A stretch of 64,000 nt of DNA, taken from positions 1,376,001 through 1,440,000 of the forward strand of contig OZ253545.1 in the NCBI GenBank assembly GCA_965262615.1, in the 5' to 3' direction. The DNA comes from Alphaproteobacteria bacterium. GTDB lineage: Bacteria > Pseudomonadota > Alphaproteobacteria > GM7ARS4 > G965262615. The translations under genes and the position numbers were made by a program. The notes beneath the pieces were generated by a model that was given only the letters and a program-made list of their open reading frames with translations, had not been told where the DNA came from and made no database searches. Shown here in pieces: positions 41,066 through 50,269 of the stretch; the first letter of the stretch is position 1; the number at the start of each line of letters is the position of its first letter.

Positions 41066-41897
41066 GACTCTTCTCTTGGGATACATATTCCAATGCCCAT
41101 TGCAAAAATCGCATATCCTCGGGCATTTCCATCTCGTAGCGCATGATGCGTCCATCGGCAGGATGGCGAAACTCAAGGCGGGCGGCGTGCAGTGCTTGTC
41201 TTGTGATGGGCATTGCGGGCAATGATTCATAGGGCGAAAAATCGCTACCACTGGCACGGATGCGCCGCCACAATGCATCAAACAAACGGCGCGCCTCATG
41301 ATGGCGACCATACACCCCATCCCCCACCACAGGACACTGATGATGACAACAATGAACTCTGATTTGATGGGTGCGCCCCGTCTTCAATTGAAATCGCACC
41401 TTGCTGGCAAGGGGAAAATCTTTGCCATAAATCTGTTGCACCTCATAGAGTGTGCGCGCCTCTTTTCCGTGTTCTTGCACACTGCGTTTGAGAGCATTGC
41501 TGGAATCACGACCGATGGATTGGGTCATATCGCCACACCGCTCGCCAAGTGCGCCGTAGAGAAATCCCACATAGTGGCGTTCAATGGTTCGTTTTTGCCA
41601 TTGCTGCTGCAAGTCATCGTGAGCGACATTGTTTTTAGCCGCCACCACCAAGCCACTGGTGTCCTGATCCAGCCGATGCACGATGCCGCGCCGATGGTCG
41701 CCGCCGCGTGACGACAAATTCTCACCACAATGGCTGTGCAAAAATGCCGCCACCGATGGACGATTCTTGGGGGACGCTGCGCGCTCCTCATACATGACCC
41801 ACCGTGCCGGTTTCTCCAGCACCAGCAGCCATTCATCCTCGTAGCGACAGACTGGTTTATTGTCTAATCTATTGTTTTGCGTGTGCTGTGCCGTCAT
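41058..41897 (-). CDS. RluA/RluD-family pseudouridine synthase (no obvious S4 domain)
   Basis: GIVHRLDQDTSG, TGRTHQIRVH, RQALHA. Confidence 0.92.
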   Translation of the reverse strand: MTAQHTQNNRLDNKPVCRYEDEWLLVLEKPARWVMYEERAASPKNRPSVAAFLHSHCGENLSSRGGDHRRGIVHRLDQDTSGLVVAAKNNVAHDDLQQQWQKRTIERHYVGFLYGALGERCGDMTQSIGRDSSNALKRSVQEHGKEARTLYEVQQIYGKDFPLASKVRFQLKTGRTHQIRVHCCHHQCPVVGDGVYGRHHEARRLFDALWRRIRASGSDFSPYESLPAMPITRQALHAARLEFRHPADGRIMRYEMEMPEDMRFLQWALEYVSQEKSHG

Positions 41898-41927
41898 GAT
41901 AGAATCCGTTGAACAATAGGATGAGCG

Positions 41928-42236
41928 ATGGAATCATTGATATCCACACGGGCGTTGAAGGTTTTGGTGATTGGCATGGGTGTGCTCATCATCGTGTTTG
42001 CGGCACTGCTCACATGGGGCGTGGTGCGCGGCATGGACACGCCATCATCCCACGATGCCCCCCTTGAGATTATTTTGCAGCAAGGCGAACAACTGCGGGA
42101 ATTCAACAGCGATGACGGCGTGATTTTCATCCGCATTGAGCGCGCCGATGGCAGCCAGCGCATTGTGACTTTTCGTGACCAGCAGTGGCAAGAGCGTGTT
42201 GTCATTCGTCCCTCCATTCGTCCTTCATCTCCCTAA
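41928..42236 (+). CDS. Small membrane-anchored hypothetical protein
   Basis: LKVLVIGMGVLII TM segment; divergent from rluD. Confidence 0.65.
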   Translation: MESLISTRALKVLVIGMGVLIIVFAALLTWGVVRGMDTPSSHDAPLEIILQQGEQLREFNSDDGVIFIRIERADGSQRIVTFRDQQWQERVVIRPSIRPSSP

Positions 42237-42305
42237 AGAAAACATTTGATGAGAACATTGATAGAACATTTTCTTTTTGCTGACAAGTCCTTTTGACAAT
42301 ATTTT

Positions 42306-42334
42306 TTGCTTTTTTTTGCAAAAAAGTTTATAAT
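42306..42334 (+). promoter_or_regulatory. Sigma70 promoter of gloA (probably leaderless), T8/A6 tracts in spacer
   Basis: TTGCTT-17-TATAAT, ATG 6 nt downstream. Confidence 0.7.
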
Positions 42335-42340
42335 GAGGCT

Positions 42341-42760
42341 ATGCGTTATCTTCACACCATGATTCGAGTGCGTGATCTTGAGGCAAGCGTGTCCTTTTTT
42401 GCGGCTTTGGGCTTGCGGGAGGTGTGCCGCAAGGATGTGCCTGAGGGACGCTTCACCCTTGTTTTTCTCGCCGCCGAGGAACAAGAGGGAATCGCCGAGA
42501 TTGAGCTCACCCATAACTATGATGACGAACAGCTCTCGGGCGGGCGCAATTTCGGTCATCTTGCCTTTGAGGTCACGAACATTTATGAGCTCTGTGCTGA
42601 TCTGGCGGCACGGGGCATTGTCATCAATCGTCCGCCCCGTGATGGCTACATGGCGTTTGTGCGCTCGCCGGACGGCATATCGGTGGAACTGTTACAGCAA
42701 GGCGCGCCGTTGCCGCCACAAGAGCCGTGGAAATCTATGCCAAATCAGGGGGAATGGTGA
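42341..42760 (+). CDS. gloA: Lactoylglutathione lyase (VOC family)
   Basis: [37 protein letters not shown]. Confidence 0.92.
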   Translation: MRYLHTMIRVRDLEASVSFFAALGLREVCRKDVPEGRFTLVFLAAEEQEGIAEIELTHNYDDEQLSGGRNFGHLAFEVTNIYELCADLAARGIVINRPPRDGYMAFVRSPDGISVELLQQGAPLPPQEPWKSMPNQGEW

Positions 42761-42766
42761 GGAGGT

Positions 42767-43933
42767 ATGAAATTAGCACAAAATCTGTACTACATTTGTC
42801 ATTGTGATAATTTGACCTCCATCTTGCAAAGAGGAATTTATTGCCGTCAAAAAGTCAATGAAATGCAATTGGAGCAAAAAGATATTCATGATGAATCTGT
42901 CTTGGCTCGCAGAAATAAGACCGTCCCACTCACAAACAAAAATTTGCAAGATTATGTGAATCTGTATTTTCAACCGCGCAATGCGATGCTTTACCGCCTC
43001 ACACGCAATTATCCTTATGAAGAAATTGTCGTGTTATCCATAAAAAGAACCGTTTTGAATCATCCAGATGCACTCGTTTCTAATCGCAATGCTGCAACCA
43101 GCAATGCCGAATTTTTCTCTGCAAGAAATGGTCTCACAGAGATTAGCGATCAAGACTTAAAAAAAACCTATTGGACGGATAGCGATGATACCAAACAAAA
43201 AATGATGGCTGAAGTTTTAGTGCCTGAACACATCGCGCCCGAATATGTGGATTCAATCTATGTTGGCAATGCAAGGACGAAAGAAAAAATCTCTGAAATC
43301 GTCAATAATTTTTCCAATGATGTCATTGAACAATCCGATATATTCTTTCTGCCAACATGGCAACGAAAGATTGCTGATAATCTCTCTATCAGCAAGGGGG
43401 ATATGTTTTTTTCCAATATGCAAACATTCACCATCAGTGTGAATATTGTGGGTGTCATGGGCAAGGGCTTGGCTTCACGAGCTCGGTATCAATTTCCTCG
43501 TGCTTATGTGCAATATGAGGATGATTGTAAAAGTAAAAAACTAAAAATCGGCAAGCCAACTTTATTCAAACGGACAAAAAGAATAGAGGAAGAGCTCGCC
43601 GATGACCCGAAACTATTGAATGAAGACAGACTCAATGGGGAGCGGTGGTTTTTGTTTTTCCCCACAAAACGCCACTGGCGCGAGAATTCCAGACTGGAAG
43701 ACATTGAAGCATCCTTGCAGTGGCTGGTGAAAAACTACGAAAAGCAAGGGATAGAATCCATTGCCTTGCCCGCACTTGGCTGCGGACTCGGCAATCTGGA
43801 TTGGAGCGATGTGGGTCCCATGATGTGTCACTATCTCACGCAAATGAGTATTCAATCATGCATCTATCTTCCTGTGGAAACGGGAACGCCAGACGAGCAA
43901 CTGACTTCAGATTATTTGTTAGACAGAAAATAA
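42767..43933 (+). CDS. DarT (DUF4433) ADP-ribosyltransferase fused to DarG-type macrodomain
   Basis: YICH.DNL.SIL..GI, YVNLYF.PRN.MLY, AEVLV; then GD.F, VN.VGVMGKGLA, FPTKRHW, ALPALGCGLG. Confidence 0.88.
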   Translation: MKLAQNLYYICHCDNLTSILQRGIYCRQKVNEMQLEQKDIHDESVLARRNKTVPLTNKNLQDYVNLYFQPRNAMLYRLTRNYPYEEIVVLSIKRTVLNHPDALVSNRNAATSNAEFFSARNGLTEISDQDLKKTYWTDSDDTKQKMMAEVLVPEHIAPEYVDSIYVGNARTKEKISEIVNNFSNDVIEQSDIFFLPTWQRKIADNLSISKGDMFFSNMQTFTISVNIVGVMGKGLASRARYQFPRAYVQYEDDCKSKKLKIGKPTLFKRTKRIEEELADDPKLLNEDRLNGERWFLFFPTKRHWRENSRLEDIEASLQWLVKNYEKQGIESIALPALGCGLGNLDWSDVGPMMCHYLTQMSIQSCIYLPVETGTPDEQLTSDYLLDRK

Positions 43934-44000
43934 TTATTAGACACCCTTGCGTTTGATGAGTTGGCTAACTACAATGGGGGGCTGGATGTCGCTGAATGGA

Positions 44001-44051
44001 TTGCCGCCACAGGAGCCGTGGAATTCTATGCCCAATCAGGGGGAGTGGTGA
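44001..44051 (+). repeat. Second copy of the gloA 3' end ([16 protein letters not shown])
   Basis: 47/51 identical to 42710-42760; all four differences at third codon positions. Confidence 0.95.
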
Positions 44052-44103
44052 GGTGAGCGAGGCTCTCGCAAAATCGCTAACAAAATGCTAGATATCTCTT
44101 ACC

Positions 44104-45267
44104 ATGACCGCGAAAAGCATAACGGCATATATCACCCCTTCCGTTTTGCGCTGGGCGCGCGAAAGCATGGGCTATGCCATTGACGATGTGGCAAATCGCC
44201 TCAATAAGAAAAAAGAAACCGTAGAAGATTGGGAGCAAGACGGAACGGAAAGTTTTCCCACCTATAGCCAGCTGGAAAAATTGGCTCAATTTTACAAACG
44301 ACCTATCGCCGTTTTCTACTTCCCCACACCCCCACGGGAAGAGCAAGCAGAAAGCAAATTTCGCACCCTGCCATCCAACTACATTAAAAAATTGACACCA
44401 CCTATGCGCTTTTTGCTCAGAAAAGCGATGGCGAAGCAACTAGATTTGGAGGAGCTGAGAGCTGGTGGATCAATCAATGATGAATTAAAGCAACTCAAGG
44501 GGCGAGACATTAATGCCCAAGATATGGCGGCTCGCGTGAGAAAAATCCTCAACATTCCAATTGGGGAGCAATTTAAGTGGAAAGATTATGACGAAGCTCT
44601 AAAGATTTGGCGCGAAAAACTGGAAGACTGCGGCATCTGGGTTTTCAAAGCTCCTTTTAAGAATGATGATTATTGCGGTTTTTACCTCCCTCATGAGCAA
44701 TTTCCCATCATCTATCTGAACAGCAGCATTGCATCCAAAGCAAGGCAGATATTTACCCTTTTCCATGAATTAGGGCATTTTCTGCTGGACAAAGGCGGGC
44801 TTGACCTCAATGGTAATATAGAAAGCGAGCTGAAAGGAAACTACAAAAAAGAAGAGGTTTTTTGCAATGCCTTCTCTGGAGCTTTTCTTGTGCCACACAT
44901 AGACATTGATTGGAATGATGTGAGTGATGAAAATATTCAGCGCAATGCTGACAAATATAAGGTGAGCCGCGTCGTCATCCTGCGTAAATATTTGGATAGA
45001 GAAGCGATTGATAGCAGCACATACAATGAAAAAATTAGAGAATGGCAACGCGTGTATATGGAAACAAAAGCACGGAAAAATGAAGATAAAAAAGGAAAGA
45101 AAGGTGGTCCCTCTTTCCATGTTGTTCACAGGGATCACTTGGGCAATAAATATCTGACACTAGCATTTACGCGCTATTACCAGAAAACCATCAATGACTA
45201 TCAATTGGCTCAATACCTTGGTGTTCGGCTGGATGGGATACAAAAGATGGAAAATTTCATGAAGTGA
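44104..45267 (+). CDS. XRE-HTH + ImmA/IrrE metallopeptidase
   Basis: LRWARE..G HTH; RQIFTLFHELGH; E.FCN.F...FLVP. Confidence 0.92.
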   Translation: MTAKSITAYITPSVLRWARESMGYAIDDVANRLNKKKETVEDWEQDGTESFPTYSQLEKLAQFYKRPIAVFYFPTPPREEQAESKFRTLPSNYIKKLTPPMRFLLRKAMAKQLDLEELRAGGSINDELKQLKGRDINAQDMAARVRKILNIPIGEQFKWKDYDEALKIWREKLEDCGIWVFKAPFKNDDYCGFYLPHEQFPIIYLNSSIASKARQIFTLFHELGHFLLDKGGLDLNGNIESELKGNYKKEEVFCNAFSGAFLVPHIDIDWNDVSDENIQRNADKYKVSRVVILRKYLDREAIDSSTYNEKIREWQRVYMETKARKNEDKKGKKGGPSFHVVHRDHLGNKYLTLAFTRYYQKTINDYQLAQYLGVRLDGIQKMENFMK

Positions 45268-45277
45268 GAGACGCAAA

Positions 45278-45775
45278 ATGAAAAAGTATGTGTTAGATAC
45301 GAGATTTTTTATTAATGTGCGCACACATTATCCAAGCATTTATGTTTCTTTTTGGGAAGCATTAAACGAGGCTGCAGAAAACGGCTCTCTCTGTTCAGTA
45401 GATGAGGTGAAAAAAGAGATTGAACAATACGGAGGGAAACAAGAACATTTGCTTGAGTGGGTTAAAACCCACAAACATGTATTTACTAAGCCACAAGAAG
45501 ATGAGCAAAAACATGTTGCGAGAATTTTCGGATTGGAAAGTTTCCAAATCCTTGGCAAAAAGCAAATTAATTCTGGTGCTCCTTGGGCAGATCCTTTTAT
45601 AATTGCTAAAGCGATGCAAATAGATGGAACAGTTGTAACTGAAGAATTGCCTGCGAAAAAAGATAACAAAGGCAAGGCACAAGCTTTAATGAAAATTCCT
45701 GATGTCTGCAAAGAATTTGGTGTCCCGTGTGTATCAATTGAACAATTTATGAAAGACCAAGGGTGGCAGTTTTGA
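45278..45775 (+). CDS. DUF4411 (PIN-like) protein
   Basis: YVLDT..FI, FWE.L, ADPFIIA.A, VVT.E, KIPDVC. Confidence 0.9.
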   Translation: MKKYVLDTRFFINVRTHYPSIYVSFWEALNEAAENGSLCSVDEVKKEIEQYGGKQEHLLEWVKTHKHVFTKPQEDEQKHVARIFGLESFQILGKKQINSGAPWADPFIIAKAMQIDGTVVTEELPAKKDNKGKAQALMKIPDVCKEFGVPCVSIEQFMKDQGWQF

Positions 45776-45781
45776 TTCCTC

Positions 45782-45811
45782 TCAATATCTCGTTGAAATC
45801 TTGATGGCGAT
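45782..45811 (-). repeat. Second copy of the coq7 3' end (IAIKISTRY*)
   Basis: 25/30 identical to 46160-46189; all five differences synonymous. Confidence 0.92.
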
Positions 45812-45849
45812 GTGGGGTGTTAAAGTCTTTTGACTTCACACATAACGCC

Positions 45850-46122
45850 TTATTTTTTAACCCAATATTCGGTGAGGTAAATTGTGCGAACAGGCAAATC
45901 AGGCGGCGGTTGCAAAACTGCATATTCGTTTAATCTGCGTAATGCCGCCACATAAAGAATATTGGCATGTTCCACTTGCCAACCATCTTTGCGAAGGTCA
46001 CTAATCATTTCGGTAAATCCCTGAACACCATAAAGAACAATCGCCTCAAGGCGCGTCAGAGGCTTACCCGACAACAAATGCTCCCTAGCCGCAAGACCAT
46101 TGCCAAAATTCAAGCCTCCCAT
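45850..46122 (-). CDS. Small winged-helix-like hypothetical protein
   Basis: HLLSGKPLTRLEA...YG......ISDLRKDG pattern. Confidence 0.65.
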   Translation of the reverse strand: MGGLNFGNGLAAREHLLSGKPLTRLEAIVLYGVQGFTEMISDLRKDGWQVEHANILYVAALRRLNEYAVLQPPPDLPVRTIYLTEYWVKK

Positions 46123-46159
46123 GAGGTCAATCTACCATTATTTTTCTCACCACCTAATT

Positions 46160-46738
46160 TCAATACCTCGTAGAAATCTTAATAGCAATTCGGGAGGCGG
46201 TTTTGATGGCAAGGGAGACGAGGGGATAAAACGGCGCTTTTTCCGCCTCACGGCGCAGAGCCTCATCGTGATGCTCTTGCTCTTCGGCACGAAAATGACT
46301 CACTTTGTCCAGCAGTTTTTTCTCATCGGGTCGCAGTTTGAGTTTTTCCTCTTGTTCTTTGTAGTGGTCGTCAATGACATCCTCCACGGCGACGGTGCAA
46401 GCCATGGCGGTGGGCGCGCCCATCAGAGCCGTCACCAGACCCATCCCCCGAGACGCCACATCCCACAGAGGCAAAAACGCACTGGGACGCACATCACGCG
46501 CCCGCAGGGTCTCCTCAAAAAACGCCAGATGCTCCTTCTCATGGGACAGCATGTCAGCCAAGGCATCGCCATCGGTTGTGTCCCGCAGGATACGCAGCTG
46601 AGCGTCATAAATCCGCACAGCCGCATATTCCCCCGCATGATCCACACGCAGCATGGCGGCGATGTCATCATCGGAGGGCGGGATGTGCTGCTCAGGCTGC
46701 TGGGGTTTGGGGGGGTGTTTTTCGTGTTCTGCTGTCAT
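46160..46738 (-). CDS. coq7: Demethoxyubiquinone hydroxylase
   Basis: RVDHAGE, E..H, AMACTVAVE..I..HY, EE.EH. Confidence 0.95.
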   Translation of the reverse strand: MTAEHEKHPPKPQQPEQHIPPSDDDIAAMLRVDHAGEYAAVRIYDAQLRILRDTTDGDALADMLSHEKEHLAFFEETLRARDVRPSAFLPLWDVASRGMGLVTALMGAPTAMACTVAVEDVIDDHYKEQEEKLKLRPDEKKLLDKVSHFRAEEQEHHDEALRREAEKAPFYPLVSLAIKTASRIAIKISTRY

Positions 46739-47324
46739 GAATCATTCTCCATCCTTGGAAGGCGACCACCACCAACACAAGGGCTTCCCATTCGGCGGGA
46801 GACAAGCCCAGAGGTGCTTTTCTTTTGATGCTGTCATGAATGACGCTCCCTGCATAGACGGTGAGTAACAAGGATACAATGACATTCCAATCGGCAAGAG
46901 ACAAGCTCAAAAATGACCACAATACCTGATCGCACGGCACAATGGGGGTCGCCAGAAGTTGCTGGCGTAGGGACTCAAGGTCCTGCGCGCCGCCCAATGC
47001 CGCACACGATGAGCCAAACCATCCCAGCTCCACGCCGCTATGATACGCCGCCACCCCAGCACCAGCTGTGAGAGATAGCAACGCCAGAATCAAAACAAAA
47101 CGGCGCATGACGAGAGGCACGGATGCTATGAGACTCAAAGCGGCACACATCATGGCACCGCCCCACGCCACCCTCTGCCACACACACAACGGACACGGCG
47201 GAAAACTCGCAAAGTATTGAAGATACAGAATAAAGGCGAAGACGAAAAAACCTGCTGTCAAAACAACAAGAGCAACAGCGTGAGGGGTAGAAAAAAAATC
47301 GCTCTTAATCTTATTTATCCACAA
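46692..47324 (-). CDS. dsbB: Disulfide bond formation protein B; start uncertain
   Basis: PC.LC.WQR, YH.GVE, C...CD, LS...W; TTG start overlaps the DUF262 stop. Confidence 0.88.
   Translation of the reverse strand: MWINKIKSDFFSTPHAVALVVLTAGFFVFAFILYLQYFASFPPCPLCVWQRVAWGGAMMCAALSLIASVPLVMRRFVLILALLSLTAGAGVAAYHSGVELGWFGSSCAALGGAQDLESLRQQLLATPIVPCDQVLWSFLSLSLADWNVIVSLLLTVYAGSVIHDSIKRKAPLGLSPAEWEALVLVVVAFQGWRMIHDSRTRKTPPQTPAA
46713..46910 (-). repeat. In-frame 33-codon tandem duplication of the dsbB C-terminus
   Basis: LSLSLADWNVIVSLLLTVYAGSVIHDSIKRKAP (46812-46910) vs LGLSPAEWEALVLVVVAFQGWRMIHDSRTRKTP (46713-46811), ungapped. Confidence 0.85.
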
Positions 47325-49050
47325 TGTCTAGCCCTTTTCTGTAAGGAACTTTAGCCTTGATAGCTTCGCTCAAAAGTTTTGCTCTTTTATCAATAAAAGT
47401 GTCAAAATCATTTTCCAATATGCCAAAACCAGCCAAAGAATTATCAGTGCCATCGCCAATAAGATGCGTTGCCATTACTTCCCCCATGGAAAGATCATTG
47501 GGAAACTTGTCCATAAAATCTGCCATGTATTCACTCGGAGCTCTATCACTCATCACACCGTTAGCAGACTGAGTGACAAAAGCTGTATTCAAAATATGAT
47601 TGACAAATTCGTTCTTATCCTCATCAATGCCTTGCTGTTTGAGATAATTTTTGGGAAAAACATGATGGTCGTTTAAAGAATTATCTCCACTGCGTTGCTT
47701 GCTTTTAAACACTTCACAACTGCCATCAAAATCAATGGGTTTCAGACTAGCAAGAACACATGCATATGGTTTCGGCGGCTTTTTATTAGAGCCAAACCTG
47801 CCATGTGTTTTAATAAAATCAATTGAGCTATCAACACTCCAGCTGGAATGCTTGTACTCAGGCTCATCCCCTCTAATGATAGCAGATACAACATTCTTTA
47901 TATCCAGAGGAATTCTTGTGCCAGTACTATCAGCATATCTTCTGGATAACACACACCGCCAAAAAAATTCCAAAAGATACTCCCTCTGTTCAGGCGTTAT
48001 ATCTTTCTTCTTCACCCTATTATGAAAAAAAGCGAATGGAATAATAGTCAGCTCAGGGTAAGGCAATAATTTAGAACTGCTAATCCCATAACCATTGTAA
48101 GTGCGAAATTTGTCAATCGTCTTTTTAATTGAGTCACAAACACTCACCCAATTATCGATAAAATCGCCTTTTTTGATCTTTAAAATGCTTTTTTGCCCGT
48201 ACTCCCCCTTCGGCAAAACAGCCGATACATGCAAAACTATTTTCTTATCTAATTGACCATAATCCATTGGTATTAATGTGCTTTTTTCATAGTCCTCATA
48301 TTTTGCCGACAATTCAAAACCCTTATCCTCATCGTAGGTTTTAGCATTCATGATTTCAAATATGTCAAGTGCTTTCCCACCCGTATTAATACGAGTAAAA
48401 ATGTCAGTGGCAACATCCATTAAAGCGTCACTCACTATAACAATTGCAAATTCGTAACCTCCTGACTGCCCCCCGTAACCGACCAGCAAACCTTTGTAAA
48501 GTCCCAATTTCTTCCAGTATTTATGACCATGTATGAAATCATCACTCGCTTTACACAATTCATGGACAGCAATGAAAGAACTTTCATCTCTGTCTCGAAA
48601 GGATGAAGTATCACTAATCCTGTCATCCCTATCTTTTTTTGTGACAACAATCGGCAGCTCATCTTCAATATTAGCAACCAAATCAATGTACATGTCTTTA
48701 AAATCAATTTTTGAAACAGGTTCCCCTCTGATGCAAGCAAACAAGGTAGTAATCCTCTGCTGACCATCCAAAACATTATAGCTGCCGGGCACCAAACGGG
48801 TTGCACTATCAGATTGCCGCTTAGCAATCTCTGTGCCGCCTATCTCTTTGTGATATTTTAATTTTTCGTCTGTAAGCCATACAGTAATAGCTCCTGCGGA
48901 ATAATTCCTCAGAATGCTATCAACAAGACCTGTTGCCTTTTTCTTGCTCCAAACAAAATCTCGTTGAAATTGTGGAATCAAAATTTTGCCATTCTCCACC
49001 ATGCTCATCAAAGTGTGGATTCCCCAAGATGTATTTTCAAGTTTAGGCAT
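47311..49050 (-). CDS. DUF262/GmrSD-like putative modification-dependent restriction nuclease
   Basis: IPQFQRDFVW, LDGQQR, FTRIN, C-terminal HHVFPK...N. Confidence 0.85.
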   Translation of the reverse strand: MPKLENTSWGIHTLMSMVENGKILIPQFQRDFVWSKKKATGLVDSILRNYSAGAITVWLTDEKLKYHKEIGGTEIAKRQSDSATRLVPGSYNVLDGQQRITTLFACIRGEPVSKIDFKDMYIDLVANIEDELPIVVTKKDRDDRISDTSSFRDRDESSFIAVHELCKASDDFIHGHKYWKKLGLYKGLLVGYGGQSGGYEFAIVIVSDALMDVATDIFTRINTGGKALDIFEIMNAKTYDEDKGFELSAKYEDYEKSTLIPMDYGQLDKKIVLHVSAVLPKGEYGQKSILKIKKGDFIDNWVSVCDSIKKTIDKFRTYNGYGISSSKLLPYPELTIIPFAFFHNRVKKKDITPEQREYLLEFFWRCVLSRRYADSTGTRIPLDIKNVVSAIIRGDEPEYKHSSWSVDSSIDFIKTHGRFGSNKKPPKPYACVLASLKPIDFDGSCEVFKSKQRSGDNSLNDHHVFPKNYLKQQGIDEDKNEFVNHILNTAFVTQSANGVMSDRAPSEYMADFMDKFPNDLSMGEVMATHLIGDGTDNSLAGFGILENDFDTFIDKRAKLLSEAIKAKVPYRKGLDIVDK

Positions 49051-49209
49051 ATTCCTTATCCTCGCTTTCAGGCATGAATTCGCTTCTCTTGTATGCCACA
49101 CATCTTGCAGAAATAAAAGAGAGAAATCCAATTAATTTGCCAATGTTTTGGTGAGCAAAAGGAATCCTTGTCCCTTGACTTAGTGGCTTGTCAGCCATAT
49201 CACTACCCA

Positions 49210-50254
49210 ATGCGTTACGCTGTTTGGAATAATAAGGGTGGGGTTGGCAAGAGTTTTTTGTCCTTTGTCATAGCGACCGAGTGGATTAAGTCTTATCCTG
49301 AGCATAATGTTCTTGTTGTGGATATGTGTCCGCAAGCCAATGTGAGTGAGATATTGCTGGGTGGCAATGGGGATGGCTCGGATCATCTTGCAAAGCTCCT
49401 AGAAAACCGTAAAACCATTGGCGGTTATTTTGACAAGAGAATAAACTCACCTCACTCCATGATTAAGCCTGATGATGCCACTGATTACGCGCTTCATGTT
49501 GTGGATAGAAACGACAAAATACCCGACAATGTGTATTTGGTTGCTGATTTTTCTATTTCATCTCTGCGATCCATCGCTGGAACTACAGGTGCAGACCATC
49601 AACAATTTATCGGTGATTCCGTTGCCTGAGGACTCGTGGAAGAATGTCCATTTTTGGGTCAAAGACCTTGTTGAATCCATCATAGAGAATAAATTTAGTG
49701 GAAAAGAAACCCTCTGTATCTTGGATTGCAACCCCAGTTTTGCTTCATACACCGAACAAGCCATTCTTGCCGCCGATAGGCTGATTATTCCCTGTAGCCC
49801 TGATGGGTCAAGCGCGAGAGCCATAGAAAATGTTTCAAGGTTAGTCTATGGATTTAATGTTCCTGAGCAATATAGAGTGGCAAGCTTTCGCGCGCAGGTT
49901 GATAGTCACGCAATTGAATTGCCGCAAATTCACAGTGTTGTTTTTAACCGTTCCACCATTTACAGCAAAAAACCATCGTCTGCGTTTCAGGCAATGTTTG
50001 ACCAAGTCAAAAATGCGGTCACAGAATTCATGATAAAAGAAAAAAATCATTTTTCTCAAGGTGAAGAGGGCACTTTTTGTCATATGCCTGACGCACATAC
50101 GGTGGCTGTTGTGGCATCTTCTCTTGGAATACCTTTGCATAAGCTCAGCGCAGGCAAACACGAACTATACGATGGAAGGGAAACGCAAATAGTCGGGGAA
50201 TTGTTCAAAAGATACATGGGAAAAATGAGAGAAATGATTAATTCTCTCACTTGA
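49210..50254 (+). pseudogene. ParA-family ATPase disrupted by a 19-bp insertion (49547-49565)
   Basis: NNKGGVGKS, VDMCPQAN, DCNPSF; removing the 19 bp restores VYLVAGDPSLEL and a single frame. Confidence 0.82.
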
Positions 50255-50269
50255 TTGGGATGTTCAAGG

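Noticed and set aside
43935-44000. Possible DUF4411-like fragment (DELANYNGGLDVAEWI)
   Set aside because: Similarity too weak to support without a search.
47315-47323. Perfect DnaA box TTATCCACA
   Set aside because: Single copy inside coding sequence; compatible with chance.
49080-49150. Displaced yqaA tail or dsbB head around the DUF262/parA insertion
   Set aside because: Searched by eye; no convincing alignment, so this insertion is not counted in the tail pattern.
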